Translations under genes and position numbers: made by a program
Part shown: positions 25,500 to 34,067 of the stretch, piece after piece
How positions within the stretch are numbered: position 1 is the stretch's first letter
Layout of the letters: every line of letters starts with the position of its first letter
NCBI GenBank assembly: GCA_043821645.1
Contig: JBDRCO010000037.1
Location: 224,001-288,000 of the forward strand
Direction: 5' to 3'
Origin: Pseudomonadota bacterium
Lineage (GTDB): Bacteria; Myxococcota; JACRCW01; JAFGSX01
Length of the DNA: 64,000 nucleotides
Notes under the pieces: generated by a model
What the model saw: the letters and a program-made list of their open reading frames with translations, nothing else
Database searches by the model: none
What the model was told of the DNA's origin: nothing

Positions 25500-26000
25500 C
25501 TACTGCGCCAGGATCAACGTTCTGGGATCTACTGGCGTGCGCTTGGCCCCGACCACCTTCCAGTCTCCGTCGCGCTTTACAAGCTGCAGCTCCAGCTTCA
25601 TGGCCTCGGCCTGACCGGGCACCGCTTCGGTGAGTTGCTTGAGTTCGCCAACCCCGCGGGCGACCAGCGCCAGGACCTCGGTGCTCGCCCTGTCGCCCTG
25701 GACCTGGACCTCGATGGAGCGCAACACCACCCGCGGCGCCGCCCCTTGGCGCAGGAAGCGGAACAGCAGCATGCGCAGCTCTTTACGACCGAGGCCGCCA
25801 CCTCCGCTGTCGTCGACGTCGAAGCCGATCTGACCTCCGAAGTCCTCGGCCACGGGCGCGAGCACTCCCTCGAGATCTCGTTCGCTCGCCGCCCTGGCGG
25901 CATCGCGCACCAGGACGCGGATCTTCTCGGCATCGTCCACCCGCTTGCGGCACCCGGCGGTGGCCAGCAGCACGACTCCCAGCACGCACCACCAGCCCAC
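25500..26000 (-). CDS. NTF2/SnoaL-like (DUF4440-type) lipoprotein; start uncertain
   Basis: Lipobox LLATAGC; ERDLEGVLAPVAEDF; IEVQVQGDRA; KRDGDWKVV. Confidence 0.7.
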   Translation of the reverse strand: MGWWCVLGVVLLATAGCRKRVDDAEKIRVLVRDAARAASERDLEGVLAPVAEDFGGQIGFDVDDSGGGGLGRKELRMLLFRFLRQGAAPRVVLRSIEVQVQGDRASTEVLALVARGVGELKQLTEAVPGQAEAMKLELQLVKRDGDWKVVGAKRTPVDPRTLILAQ

Positions 26001-26062
26001 CGATCTGAGCGGTTGACGCTGCGGACAGCGCAGCAGAGAATCCGTGGCCTCGGAGACGGCGC

Positions 26063-26884
26063 ATGACGAAGAGCAGCAGGACATGGTTGGCTCTCCTGGG
26101 AGCGATGGCGATCGCTGCTCCGGGACAGGCTCGCAACACGGCAGCGTACTTCAGCCTCAACCCGGGCTATCAGTGGTACGACACGAGCGAGCTTATCATC
26201 GACAAGGATCCGGACACACCGGCGGCGGAGCTGGTGCCCACGCCAGGCTTCATGCCCGAGCTGCGCCTGGGCATCAATCTCAGTGGCTACGGCGGCGCCG
26301 AGGCCTTCATCGCTGGCCATTGGTGGGGCAGCGGCAACCAGTCCGGTGGCGGCGGGGTAGCCGGAGGCTTGTTGCGGCTGACACCCCTCGAATTCTTCCA
26401 GTATCTGTGGAAACCCATGGAGTCTCGCTTTGTCGATCTCGGCTTCAGCTTCGGAGCTGGCTACACCATCGTCGGCGAGGACTTCGGCTACCAGGGGTGG
26501 TTCCTGCAGTACGGCGTCGACCTGTCAGTGTTCATCCTGCCCTTTCTCTCCATCGGCTTCGAGCTGCCGATCCGGCAGATGCTGTACGCGCCGCTGCGCT
26601 ACACACATTTCAGCAGCAACCGTGGCCTGTGTACCCGCGGTGGCGCAGCCTACGATCGGGACGGTCGCGAGGTGCATCGCACGGCGGTACGCGAGCTCAA
26701 CCTGCCCGATGGCACCAACGTCGGTGCCCTCGAGGTGGACGCGGATGGCAAGGTCACCGGCAACTTCATCCTGACCGAGGTCGAGTCCAGTGAGGCCGGC
26801 GACATGTGCAAGGGCCCCGGCCCCGCGGCCTGGCAGTACACGCCCATGGTCAAGATCACGTTCCTGGTGGATTTCGGTATCTGA
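26063..26884 (+). CDS. Probable small outer-membrane beta-barrel protein
   Basis: Signal peptide ending GQARN; aromatic-rich amphipathic strands; a large insertion bracketed by two Cys; C-terminal strand KITFLVDFGI. Confidence 0.65.
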   Translation: MTKSSRTWLALLGAMAIAAPGQARNTAAYFSLNPGYQWYDTSELIIDKDPDTPAAELVPTPGFMPELRLGINLSGYGGAEAFIAGHWWGSGNQSGGGGVAGGLLRLTPLEFFQYLWKPMESRFVDLGFSFGAGYTIVGEDFGYQGWFLQYGVDLSVFILPFLSIGFELPIRQMLYAPLRYTHFSSNRGLCTRGGAAYDRDGREVHRTAVRELNLPDGTNVGALEVDADGKVTGNFILTEVESSEAGDMCKGPGPAAWQYTPMVKITFLVDFGI

Positions 26885-26943
26885 CGACGCGGGCCGCCCG
26901 CGGTCGGTCGAGCATCGACCCGCCGTGCGACGAGGAGGATGGC

Positions 26944-27747
26944 ATGCGACGACCGATGGCCCCGCTGTTGCTGACTCTGCTGGCGGCGAGTGCGGCGTGC
27001 ACCACCTTTGGCTTCCCGCAGTCCAATGCCCGGCCGCCCGACGAGCTCAGCGATAGAGGGCGCATGATCGCGATCCCCGCCGGGACCTTCAAGATGGGGG
27101 ACAACCTCGGAGAGCCGCACGAGTTTCCCGTGCATGACGTCGAGCTCGGGGGCTTTCGCATCGATGCCACCGAGGTCAGCAACGCACAGTATCAGCGCTG
27201 CACCGAGGCGGGGGTGTGCCGCGCCACCCGCGAGATGGAAGAACCTAGCTTCAACCCGCCCTCACATCCCGTGGTGGGGGTGACGTACAACGACGCCCGG
27301 ACCTACTGTGCGTGGCTCCGCAAGCGCCTCCCCACCGAGGCGGAGTGGGAACGTGCTGCGCGCGGTGGTGGGGATCGCCGCTATCCCTTCGACGGTGCGA
27401 TGGGACCCAACCACGGCAACGTGAGGGGCGCGGCCGATGGCTTCATCTACACCGCGCCGGTGCGTACGTTCCCCGCCGGGTGCACCTCCGAGGGTGTGTG
27501 TGATCTTGCGGGAAACGCTGCCGAGTGGGTCGCCGACTGGTTCTCACCGACCTACTACGCCGAGAGCCCGCCCGAGAATCCCAAGGGACCCGAGGCGTCA
27601 ACCCGCCTGCGCTCGGTGCGTGGTGGCTCGTGGACCGGCAACACCTACGAGGCGCGATCGACCGCCCGGGGCTCCATGGACCCTGCATTCAGCAAGAACT
27701 CGGTCGGTTTTCGCTGCGCCGCGAGTGCCGGAGACGCAGCTCCTTAA
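26944..27747 (+). CDS. Formylglycine-generating-enzyme (SUMF1/FGE-sulfatase) fold lipoprotein
   Basis: SD GAGGAGG; lipobox SAAC; IPAGTFKMG, TEVSN.QY, HPVVGVT, RLPTEAEWERAARG, DLAGNAAEW, RGGSW, VGFRC. Confidence 0.9.
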   Translation: MRRPMAPLLLTLLAASAACTTFGFPQSNARPPDELSDRGRMIAIPAGTFKMGDNLGEPHEFPVHDVELGGFRIDATEVSNAQYQRCTEAGVCRATREMEEPSFNPPSHPVVGVTYNDARTYCAWLRKRLPTEAEWERAARGGGDRRYPFDGAMGPNHGNVRGAADGFIYTAPVRTFPAGCTSEGVCDLAGNAAEWVADWFSPTYYAESPPENPKGPEASTRLRSVRGGSWTGNTYEARSTARGSMDPAFSKNSVGFRCAASAGDAAP

Positions 27748-27871
27748 TTGTCTGCAACCTGCACGAAAAAATAAACCAAGAATAAGATAATAGGGTAAAA
27801 ATGAAACAGGCGAGAGGAGAAGCTGTATATCAAGTCAAATTATCGCCAAAAATTACCAAATTTAGTCAGAT

Positions 27872-27971
27872 AATGCCAGGATATATGAGATCGACCTGAG
27901 CGCTGCAGCGGGATGCCCATGAACAGAGACAAGGCATTGAAAAGACAAGATTCATGCATCATCCTGGCATT
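27872..27971. repeat. 11-bp perfect inverted repeat (AATGCCAGGAT / ATCCTGGCATT) inside an AT-rich intergenic island
   Basis: Arms at 27872-27882 and 27961-27971, separated by 78 nt. Confidence 0.6.
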
Positions 27972-28090
27972 CATTCCGGTCGCGAATTTGATCTTTGCAG
28001 GGGTGCGTGGCTTGTTGGGTCTGTGACCACGTGCAGCGACGATGACGACGGAGTGCGGGGTCCAGGACAGTGCGATCTCGGGAGAGCAGC

Positions 28091-28381
28091 ATGACGAAGA
28101 CCACCAAGAAGACATCCACCAAGACGGCCACCAAGCGCATGCCCAAGGGGGCGGCCAAGGTTCTCACCAGCCTCGAGGAGAATGTGGTGCGCATGCGCCA
28201 CGGCCTCAACGAACCCGGGGAGTCCGAGCTGGGCACCAAGGCTGTCACGCCCGAACTTGCAGAGATCCTTTTTGCCATCGAGGCCAGGGCCTACGAGATG
28301 ACCGGTCGGGCCGCCGCGAGCAGCAGCAAGAAGCCCTCGCCCAAGGCCAAGATCGTGTCTGCTCTCAAGACCCGCTCCTGA
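28091..28381 (+). CDS. Small basic protein resembling a stand-alone sigma70 region 4
   Basis: SD GGAGAG. LTSLEENVVRMRHGL...IEARA aligns by eye with RpoD LTPREEKVLRMRFGI...IEAKA. Lys-rich termini. Confidence 0.7.
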   Translation: MTKTTKKTSTKTATKRMPKGAAKVLTSLEENVVRMRHGLNEPGESELGTKAVTPELAEILFAIEARAYEMTGRAAASSSKKPSPKAKIVSALKTRS

Positions 28382-28517
28382 GGTCTGGCACTTTTTCGCG
28401 CGGGTCTGCGCGCCCCGCGTGAACGCACCACGCGACTGCCATGACACAGCACCAGGACCCACGAGCCGTCCGACCTGACGCGACACCAGCCTCCCACCGT
28501 CCCGGCTGGAGCCAGAG

Positions 28518-28937
28518 GTGAACCTCGGCGGCTCCATCCTCGTGGCCGAGGACTCGCGCCTGCTCCTCGAGCTGCTGCGCGACGCCTTGCTGGCGCACGG
28601 GATAGGTCAGCACGTCGTGGCCTGCGGCACCGGCGAGGTCCTCCTGGAACGGGCCCAGGAAGCCCTGGCGGCCGGAGACACGCCGGCGCTGTACATCCTC
28701 GACATCGTCATGCCGGGTGCCAGTGGACTCGAGGTGGCGCGCTCCCTGCGCGCAGCCGAGCGCTCCCTCGGCGCCAGGACCACACCCATCCTCCTTTACT
28801 CCTCCCTGCAGCGAAGCCCCGAGATCGACGAGGTCATCGAGAGCTGCTGGCCCGTGCGCTTCTGTCACAAGCAGGATGGCGCGCGATCCGATCGCCTGGC
28901 ACTGGCCATCGTGGAGACTCTGCGCGAGCTCGCCTGA
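28518..28937 (+). CDS. Single-domain response regulator (receiver)
   Basis: ILVAEDS, YILDIVMPGASGLEVARSLR, PILLYSS, FCHK. Confidence 0.9.
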   Translation: MNLGGSILVAEDSRLLLELLRDALLAHGIGQHVVACGTGEVLLERAQEALAAGDTPALYILDIVMPGASGLEVARSLRAAERSLGARTTPILLYSSLQRSPEIDEVIESCWPVRFCHKQDGARSDRLALAIVETLRELA

Positions 28938-28970
28938 GGGGCGTGCGGGATGCCTTTTTTGCAGGGACGC

Positions 28971-28979
28971 TGCTATGCT
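28971..28979 (+). promoter_or_regulatory. Putative extended -10 (TGcTATGCT) for the FHA gene
   Basis: TGN-TATGCT about 55 nt upstream of the start. Confidence 0.4.
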
Positions 28980-29032
28980 GACGGCGCGAGGCAGGGCGGG
29001 CTTCGTGCCCACCGCCATTCCAGGAGCGGGGC

Positions 29033-29605
29033 GTGACGTCGGATCATCCAGAGCAGCCCGGAGGGTCGTTGCCAGCCGAGGCCGAGAGCCCTCGTTCCAC
29101 CGAGCCTGCGCCCGCTGCTGCAGCCGCGGGTGGACCGACCCTGGGCGCGCCCCTGCCACCGGAGCCACGCACCGACCCCCACGGCTTCGAGCACCGGCCC
29201 CCGGTGACCATCGACATGCCGGCCCCGAGCTTCGAGGAGACCCGGGTCACCGAGGCGGTGGTTCACAAGCGCCGCATCAAGCGCCAGATCCAGCGCGCAC
29301 GTGCCCAGGCCTACGTGATCGTGCATCGGGCCGGGGTGGCACCAGCGCGGGTGCCCATGGAGCGCGACCACCTGGTCTTTGGTCGCGATCCCGCCGAGTG
29401 CGACATCGTCCTCGACGGCGGCGTGGTCTCGCGGAGCCATGCGCGCATCGATCGCAGCCAGGACGGCTACTACACGCTACAGGACTGCAAGTCCCGCAAC
29501 GGTACCTACGTCGAGGGCGTGCCCATCCGTCGCCGCAACCTTCTCGACGGCGATACCTTCGAGGTGGGTGAACACCTCATCGAGTTCCATCTCGGCGAGT
29601 CGTGA
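29033..29605 (+). CDS. FHA-domain protein with a Pro-rich N-terminus
   Basis: FGRDP..CDIVL, VSRSHA, SRNGTYV, LLDGDTFEVG. Confidence 0.9.
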   Translation: MTSDHPEQPGGSLPAEAESPRSTEPAPAAAAAGGPTLGAPLPPEPRTDPHGFEHRPPVTIDMPAPSFEETRVTEAVVHKRRIKRQIQRARAQAYVIVHRAGVAPARVPMERDHLVFGRDPAECDIVLDGGVVSRSHARIDRSQDGYYTLQDCKSRNGTYVEGVPIRRRNLLDGDTFEVGEHLIEFHLGES

Positions 29606-29611
29606 CCCTGG

Positions 29612-30631
29612 TCACGGCGTGCGCTGGGATCGGGCACGCTCGAGCACCTGCATCACCTTGGGGCTGGTGTCCGCGGGGTCGAGTTGCAGATCTGGCCGCG
29701 CGCCGAGCGCCGCGCGCATGGCCTCCTCGGCGCGTTCTATCTCGTCCGACGCCACGTAGCACGACGCCAGCCACACTTGCGCGGCCACCCGGGGCCAGGT
29801 CGGGAGCCCGGGATCGAGCAGGGCGCGGCGAAAGTACGCCACGCAGGCCAGGAAGTCGCCACGGCGATGGAGGGCAACACCGTCGCGCAGCAGGGGGCTC
29901 TGCAGCGCCTGGGCGTACGCCTGCAGGGGATCCTGGAGCTGCGCAGGCACGACGCCTCCGTCGGTCGTGGAGCCTGTACCGGCGTCCGTGGCCTCTACCG
30001 CCGAGGACTCGGTCGCGGCGCTTCCCTCGTCGGGAGCCCCTGCCGGCGCGCGCAGAGCATTGAGACGCGTTCGCACCGCCTCCTCGTCAGACCAGGAGGC
30101 AAACACCGGCACCAGGATCTTCTCGCCTGCCTCGACGGCGTTGGTCTTGCGGTCGCCGTTGATCTTGCGCAACAAGAACCGTCCATCGGTGTTCCGGTAG
30201 TACGTCTTGGAGAGCGTCCGCAGGTTGTCGCTCTTCTGCGCCGTGTGCCAGATCAGCGCAGGCACCGTGAGCGCGGTGCCCGCCGCCACGGCCTTGTCGC
30301 CGGGGAGTCCATTGATCGCGGCCAGGAGTGGCCCGCGGGTCTTGCGCTTGAGATGGGTTCTCGCCAGCGTGCTCAATGGGCTGCTGCGGCGAACCGTCGT
30401 GCGAAAGCTCACCGGCACCCTCAGCACCGTCCCCGCGGCCACCGCCTTGCCTTCCTCGAGCCTGTTGGCCGTTGCCAGCACCGGGGCAGCGGACGCTCGC
30501 CCGTAAAGGTCACGCGCCAGCCGGCTCATGGTCGATTCCACCGGCACCGTGTAGCTCAGGGAGCGCGCCTCCGTGGGTCGCGCCAGCAGCACGATCGTCG
30601 CCGTCAGCAGGGTGGCTCGCCAGGCGCTCAT
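29612..30631 (-). CDS. Secreted protein with three LysM-like repeats and a C-terminal TPR-like domain
   Basis: Signal peptide; repeats of the form YTV...LARDLYG...LATANRL...GTVLRVP; helical C-terminus ...LDPADTSPKV. ATGA overlap with the kinase stop. Confidence 0.75.
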   Translation of the reverse strand: MSAWRATLLTATIVLLARPTEARSLSYTVPVESTMSRLARDLYGRASAAPVLATANRLEEGKAVAAGTVLRVPVSFRTTVRRSSPLSTLARTHLKRKTRGPLLAAINGLPGDKAVAAGTALTVPALIWHTAQKSDNLRTLSKTYYRNTDGRFLLRKINGDRKTNAVEAGEKILVPVFASWSDEEAVRTRLNALRAPAGAPDEGSAATESSAVEATDAGTGSTTDGGVVPAQLQDPLQAYAQALQSPLLRDGVALHRRGDFLACVAYFRRALLDPGLPTWPRVAAQVWLASCYVASDEIERAEEAMRAALGARPDLQLDPADTSPKVMQVLERARSQRTP

Positions 30632-31944
30632 GGTCGCTGCTCCCGGCGCTCGGTGAGCTCGATGTTGAAGGTGATGGTGCGATCGGGCTCTATCTCCACC
30701 ACGCGACGCTCATCGCGAAAATGCTCGTTGCGCAGCTCCACCACGTGGCGGCCGGGCGCCAGGGGCAAGGCACGCATGAAGGGCGTCGTGTCGACGTAGG
30801 CGCCGTCGATGAAGACCCGTGCCCACGGCCACACGTTGACGCGCAGGTGGCCGTTGCCCGTCGCCGCCATGGCTCCGCGCCTGCCCACATCCTGGGGCCA
30901 CCACTCGATGACGCTGGCACCCAGGCTCGCCGACAGCAGACCCGCAGCACCGATCAGAGCCACGCGCCTCAGGCCAGGCCAGCGCGAGCGCGAGAAGGCC
31001 AGATCCATCTCGGTCAGGCTGGTCTCGGTGAGCACCGCGCGCGGCAGCACGGTCAATGCATCCTCCTCGGAGACCAGACCACGATGGTGCAGGAAGGCGA
31101 CGAGGCGGCTGCGCAGATTGATGCGTATCTGCCGCGACACGTAGCGCTCGAGGGCGACGCGCAGTGCCTCGGTGGAAGGGTAGCGCCGCTCGAGAGGCTT
31201 GCGCAGGCAGCGGCTCACGATGCGCTGCAGCACCAGCGGGATGTCGGGCTGGATGGTGCGGGGCGAGGGGTAGCTATCCTTGAGGATGGATTGCATGACC
31301 GTGCGCTGCTCGGTATCCCGGAACGGCTTGCGGCCGGTGAGCATCTGGTACAGCACGATGCCAAAGGAGAACATGTCCGAGCGCCAGTCCACGCGCTCAC
31401 CCATGATCTGCTCCGGAGACATGTACGAGGGCGTGCCCAGGGCGATGCCCGGCCGCGTCAGGTCTCCCAGGGCCTCGGCGCGGGCGATGCCGAAGTCCAT
31501 CAGCTTGACCTCGCCCAGCTTGCTCAGGACCACGTTGGAGGGCTTGATGTCGCGATGGACCATACCCCGGAAGTGCGCATACTCCAGGGCCCGGGCCAGC
31601 TGCAGAGCGATGGCGGCCGCCACCTCGGGTGGCAGGCGATCGACCCGCGCCAGCAGATCGTACAGGCTCACACCTTCGACGAATTCCATCACGATCGAAC
31701 GGGTGTCGCCCTCGCACACGTAGTCGTACACGTGCACGATATTCTCGTGCTGGAGCTTGGCCACGCTCAGGGCCTCGCGCTGGAAGCGCTCGATGATCTG
31801 CGCGTCGTGGGTGAACTCGGACTTGAGTTCCTTGATGGCGACCGGGCGGTCCAGCGCCTCCTGCGTGCCACGGTAAACCACGGCCATGCCGCCCTGGCCT
31901 ATCTCCTCGATGACCTGGTAGCTGCCGATGCGCCGCTCGCTCAT
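30628..31944 (-). CDS. Hanks-type Ser/Thr protein kinase with TM helix and PEGA domain
   Basis: IGQGGMAVVY, VAIK, HRDIKPSN, DFG, GTPSYMSPE, DMFSFG; TM segment; PWARVFIDG..VDTTP...PGRH. Confidence 0.95.
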   Translation of the reverse strand: MSERRIGSYQVIEEIGQGGMAVVYRGTQEALDRPVAIKELKSEFTHDAQIIERFQREALSVAKLQHENIVHVYDYVCEGDTRSIVMEFVEGVSLYDLLARVDRLPPEVAAAIALQLARALEYAHFRGMVHRDIKPSNVVLSKLGEVKLMDFGIARAEALGDLTRPGIALGTPSYMSPEQIMGERVDWRSDMFSFGIVLYQMLTGRKPFRDTEQRTVMQSILKDSYPSPRTIQPDIPLVLQRIVSRCLRKPLERRYPSTEALRVALERYVSRQIRINLRSRLVAFLHHRGLVSEEDALTVLPRAVLTETSLTEMDLAFSRSRWPGLRRVALIGAAGLLSASLGASVIEWWPQDVGRRGAMAATGNGHLRVNVWPWARVFIDGAYVDTTPFMRALPLAPGRHVVELRNEHFRDERRVVEIEPDRTITFNIELTERREQRP

Positions 31945-32061
31945 GCTGTGCTCTTCCGGGATCGCACGCGGGTATCTTAGCTCAAGTGCGCGCCGCGCAA
32001 GACCTCATGTGTCCTACGCGGCGACTTGCATTCTCCGTCGACGCGTCGGACATTGTCCGGG

Positions 32062-32481
32062 ATGGTCATCTACGATCTCTGTTGCGCCCAGGGACACTCC
32101 TTCGAGGGCTGGTTCGAGTCGGCCCAGGAGCATGCCCAGCAGAGCGCCCGGGGGCTTGTGGTCTGCCCGCACTGCGGTATCGCCCAGGTCGAGAGGGTGC
32201 CCGTGGCTCCCCACGCCCTGCGCAGCCGCGGCGATTCCGCACCGCCACCCCCAGCCGACCTCCCGGCTCGCATGCGCGAACTGCTGCACCACGTGGCCAG
32301 CGCCGTGCGCGCGAACTCCGAGGATGTGGGGCCGGCCTTCGCCCAGGAAGCCCGGCGCATTCACGGCGGGGAGACGCCCGCGCGCAGCATCCGAGGGACG
32401 GCGTCTGCCCAGGAGGAGCGGGATCTGATCGCGGACCACATCCCCTTCGTCAAGGTGCCGATGCCGGAGCCCGATGCCTGA
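32062..32481 (+). CDS. DUF1178 family protein
   Basis: MVIYDLCC..GHSFEGWF, CPHCG, VG..FAQEARRIH.GE...RSIRG.A. Confidence 0.9.
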   Translation: MVIYDLCCAQGHSFEGWFESAQEHAQQSARGLVVCPHCGIAQVERVPVAPHALRSRGDSAPPPPADLPARMRELLHHVASAVRANSEDVGPAFAQEARRIHGGETPARSIRGTASAQEERDLIADHIPFVKVPMPEPDA

Positions 32482-32612
32482 GCGACATCGCGGCTGCACC
32501 CGGAGTCCTGGGATGGCGCCGTTCACGCACGCTGTGCCACAGACCCACGGCGCTGGAGGTGTGGGGCCCCGGTCAGGGCACCGCTCCAGTGAGCGGAGAG
32601 GGGGAGGGGGAC

Positions 32613-32876
32613 CTACTTGCTCTTGGCGCGATTGGCGGCCTTCATCAGGCGCGAGACGCGGCGGGATGCGGTGCGCTTGTGCATGGCGCCCTTGGTCACC
32701 GCGCGGTCAAAGGCCTGGCTGGCCTCGGTCACGCTCTTGTCGCCGGGGGCTCCCGCTGCGATCGAGGTACGGGCCTTCTTGACCAGGCCACGAAGGTTGC
32801 TGACGACTGCGCGATTTCGCACGCGACGAGTCTCGTTCTGCTTGTGGCGCTTGATGGCCTGCTTGTGGTTAGCCAC
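32613..32876 (-). CDS. rpsT: 30S ribosomal protein S20
   Basis: MANHKQAIKRHKQNE.RRVRNR...DRAVTKGAMHKRTASRRVSRL. Confidence 0.97.
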   Translation of the reverse strand: MANHKQAIKRHKQNETRRVRNRAVVSNLRGLVKKARTSIAAGAPGDKSVTEASQAFDRAVTKGAMHKRTASRRVSRLMKAANRAKSK

Positions 32877-33049
32877 GTTCCTGCTCCTTGTTTTCTCGGG
32901 GCCATCTCAGGCCCCCTGCACCGCCAGGCTCTGAACCCGGTGGCATGCGATCCACCAGCGCACCAACCTGGTACACCGGCCTGCGCCCAGGCGCCGGTCT
33001 GACGCCTTTCCGCGAGAAGCGGCCTTCCTAGCAATGCCCCAGGCCCCTG

Positions 33050-33361
33050 TCAATTGCCGCTGTCGACCCAGCCCAGGCAGGTCTGGAGTTCCGCCCGGCA
33101 CTGTTCAGGCTCGCGCGCCTCGACACCGAGGATGCAGGCCTCGCTCGCGGCGTCCACGCTCAGGCTCTCGCGGCAGCCCAGCTCGCAGGATTCGCGGTCG
33201 GTGCGCTCGCCGCTCTCGATCTTTCTCAGGTTCGGATCGTCGGCGGGCGTGAAGGTCACGTCGCAGGCCAGGCTATGATCGCAGATCGCCAGACAGTCCG
33301 GGCCCGGGCAGGCGCAGACCCACCCCGAGATCGACAGCACGACGAGCGCGATCCTGGGCAT
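33050..33361 (-). CDS. Small Cys-rich lipoprotein with one 8-Cys module
   Basis: Hydrophobic N-terminus ending VCAC; pattern CxxxC-5-C...CxxxC...C...C...C. Confidence 0.7.
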   Translation of the reverse strand: MPRIALVVLSISGWVCACPGPDCLAICDHSLACDVTFTPADDPNLRKIESGERTDRESCELGCRESLSVDAASEACILGVEAREPEQCRAELQTCLGWVDSGN

Positions 33362-33366
33362 GGCAC

Positions 33367-33396
33367 AAACTAGGCCGGGTCGGGCCGTGCCGTCAA
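33367..33396 (-). promoter_or_regulatory. Putative sigma70 promoter giving a leaderless mRNA
   Basis: On the minus strand TTGACG-18 nt-TAGTTT, then 5 nt to ATG 33361; no SD. Confidence 0.55.
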
Positions 33397-33464
33397 ACTC
33401 CTGCGGTGAATGCCCGGGTCTGACCGGCCGTCACTCTCTCAGGGGGGAAACTGGGCGCCGTGTG

Positions 33465-33473
33465 TGGTAGAGT
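33465..33473 (+). promoter_or_regulatory. Putative extended -10 giving a leaderless mRNA
   Basis: TGG-TAGAGT, then 6 nt to ATG 33480; no SD. Confidence 0.5.
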
Positions 33474-33479
33474 CGCACC

Positions 33480-34067
33480 ATGATCTGTATCCATCGCTGG
33501 AAGGGGCCGGGACTGCTGGTGGCGGCGGGATTCGCGCTGTCGCTGGTGGGCTGCGAGTACCTGCTGCCCAAGTCGAACGCGCAGATCTGCGAGGACTACT
33601 GTCAGCACAGGATGGACTGCCAGGTCGAGGACACCAGCCAGGCCACCGTGTGCAACCAGGACTGTGTCTCCGCCCTCGAGGCCGGCAACGAACCCACCGA
33701 GTTCGCCTGTGATGAGCGGTCCACCTGCGACGCCCTGCAGGCCTGCATCGCCTGCATCCCCTACTGCGACAAGTTCGTCAGCTGTGAATTTGGCAGCGAG
33801 GCGTCGTGCGTGAGCTCCTGCGAGAGGGAACGACAGGCGGGGCGCGAGGCGCTCGGCGAGACCTGTGTCGTCGAGGAAGCCTGCGACGAGGGGTCGCTCT
33901 GCATCCTGTGCGATCAGTACTGTCGCAAGCTCAAGAGCTGCAATGTGTCGACGGATTCCAGCTGCGCATCGAGCTGCGTGACCTTGCTGCAGAGCGGCGC
34001 GGACGAGGCGCCCTACCAGTGCGTCGTCGACAGCGTGTGTTCGGAGGTCCCCAATTGCGGAATCTGA
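33480..34067 (+). CDS. Cys-rich lipoprotein with three tandem 8-Cys modules
   Basis: Lipobox LVGC; three repeats C-3-C-5-C-(7-10)-C-3-C-14-C-5-C-5-C. Confidence 0.8.
   Translation: MICIHRWKGPGLLVAAGFALSLVGCEYLLPKSNAQICEDYCQHRMDCQVEDTSQATVCNQDCVSALEAGNEPTEFACDERSTCDALQACIACIPYCDKFVSCEFGSEASCVSSCERERQAGREALGETCVVEEACDEGSLCILCDQYCRKLKSCNVSTDSSCASSCVTLLQSGADEAPYQCVVDSVCSEVPNCGI

Noticed and set aside
26944-27747. FGE/CLec-fold gene as a diversity-generating retroelement target
   Set aside because: No reverse transcriptase and no adenine-mismatched template repeat visible in the window.
27801-27899. 32-codon ORF MKQARGEAVYQVKLSPKITKFSQIMPGYMRST in the AT-rich island
   Set aside because: Codon usage unlike the genome, weak SD and no motif; likely chance.
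32100-32130. GGTTCGAGTC resembling a tRNA T-loop
   Set aside because: Lies within the DUF1178 CDS (GWFES) with no cloverleaf around it.
32482-32612. Intergenic stretch with GGTCAGG resembling SRP RNA
   Set aside because: Lacks the conserved GGAA tetraloop and AGCAG internal-loop motif.
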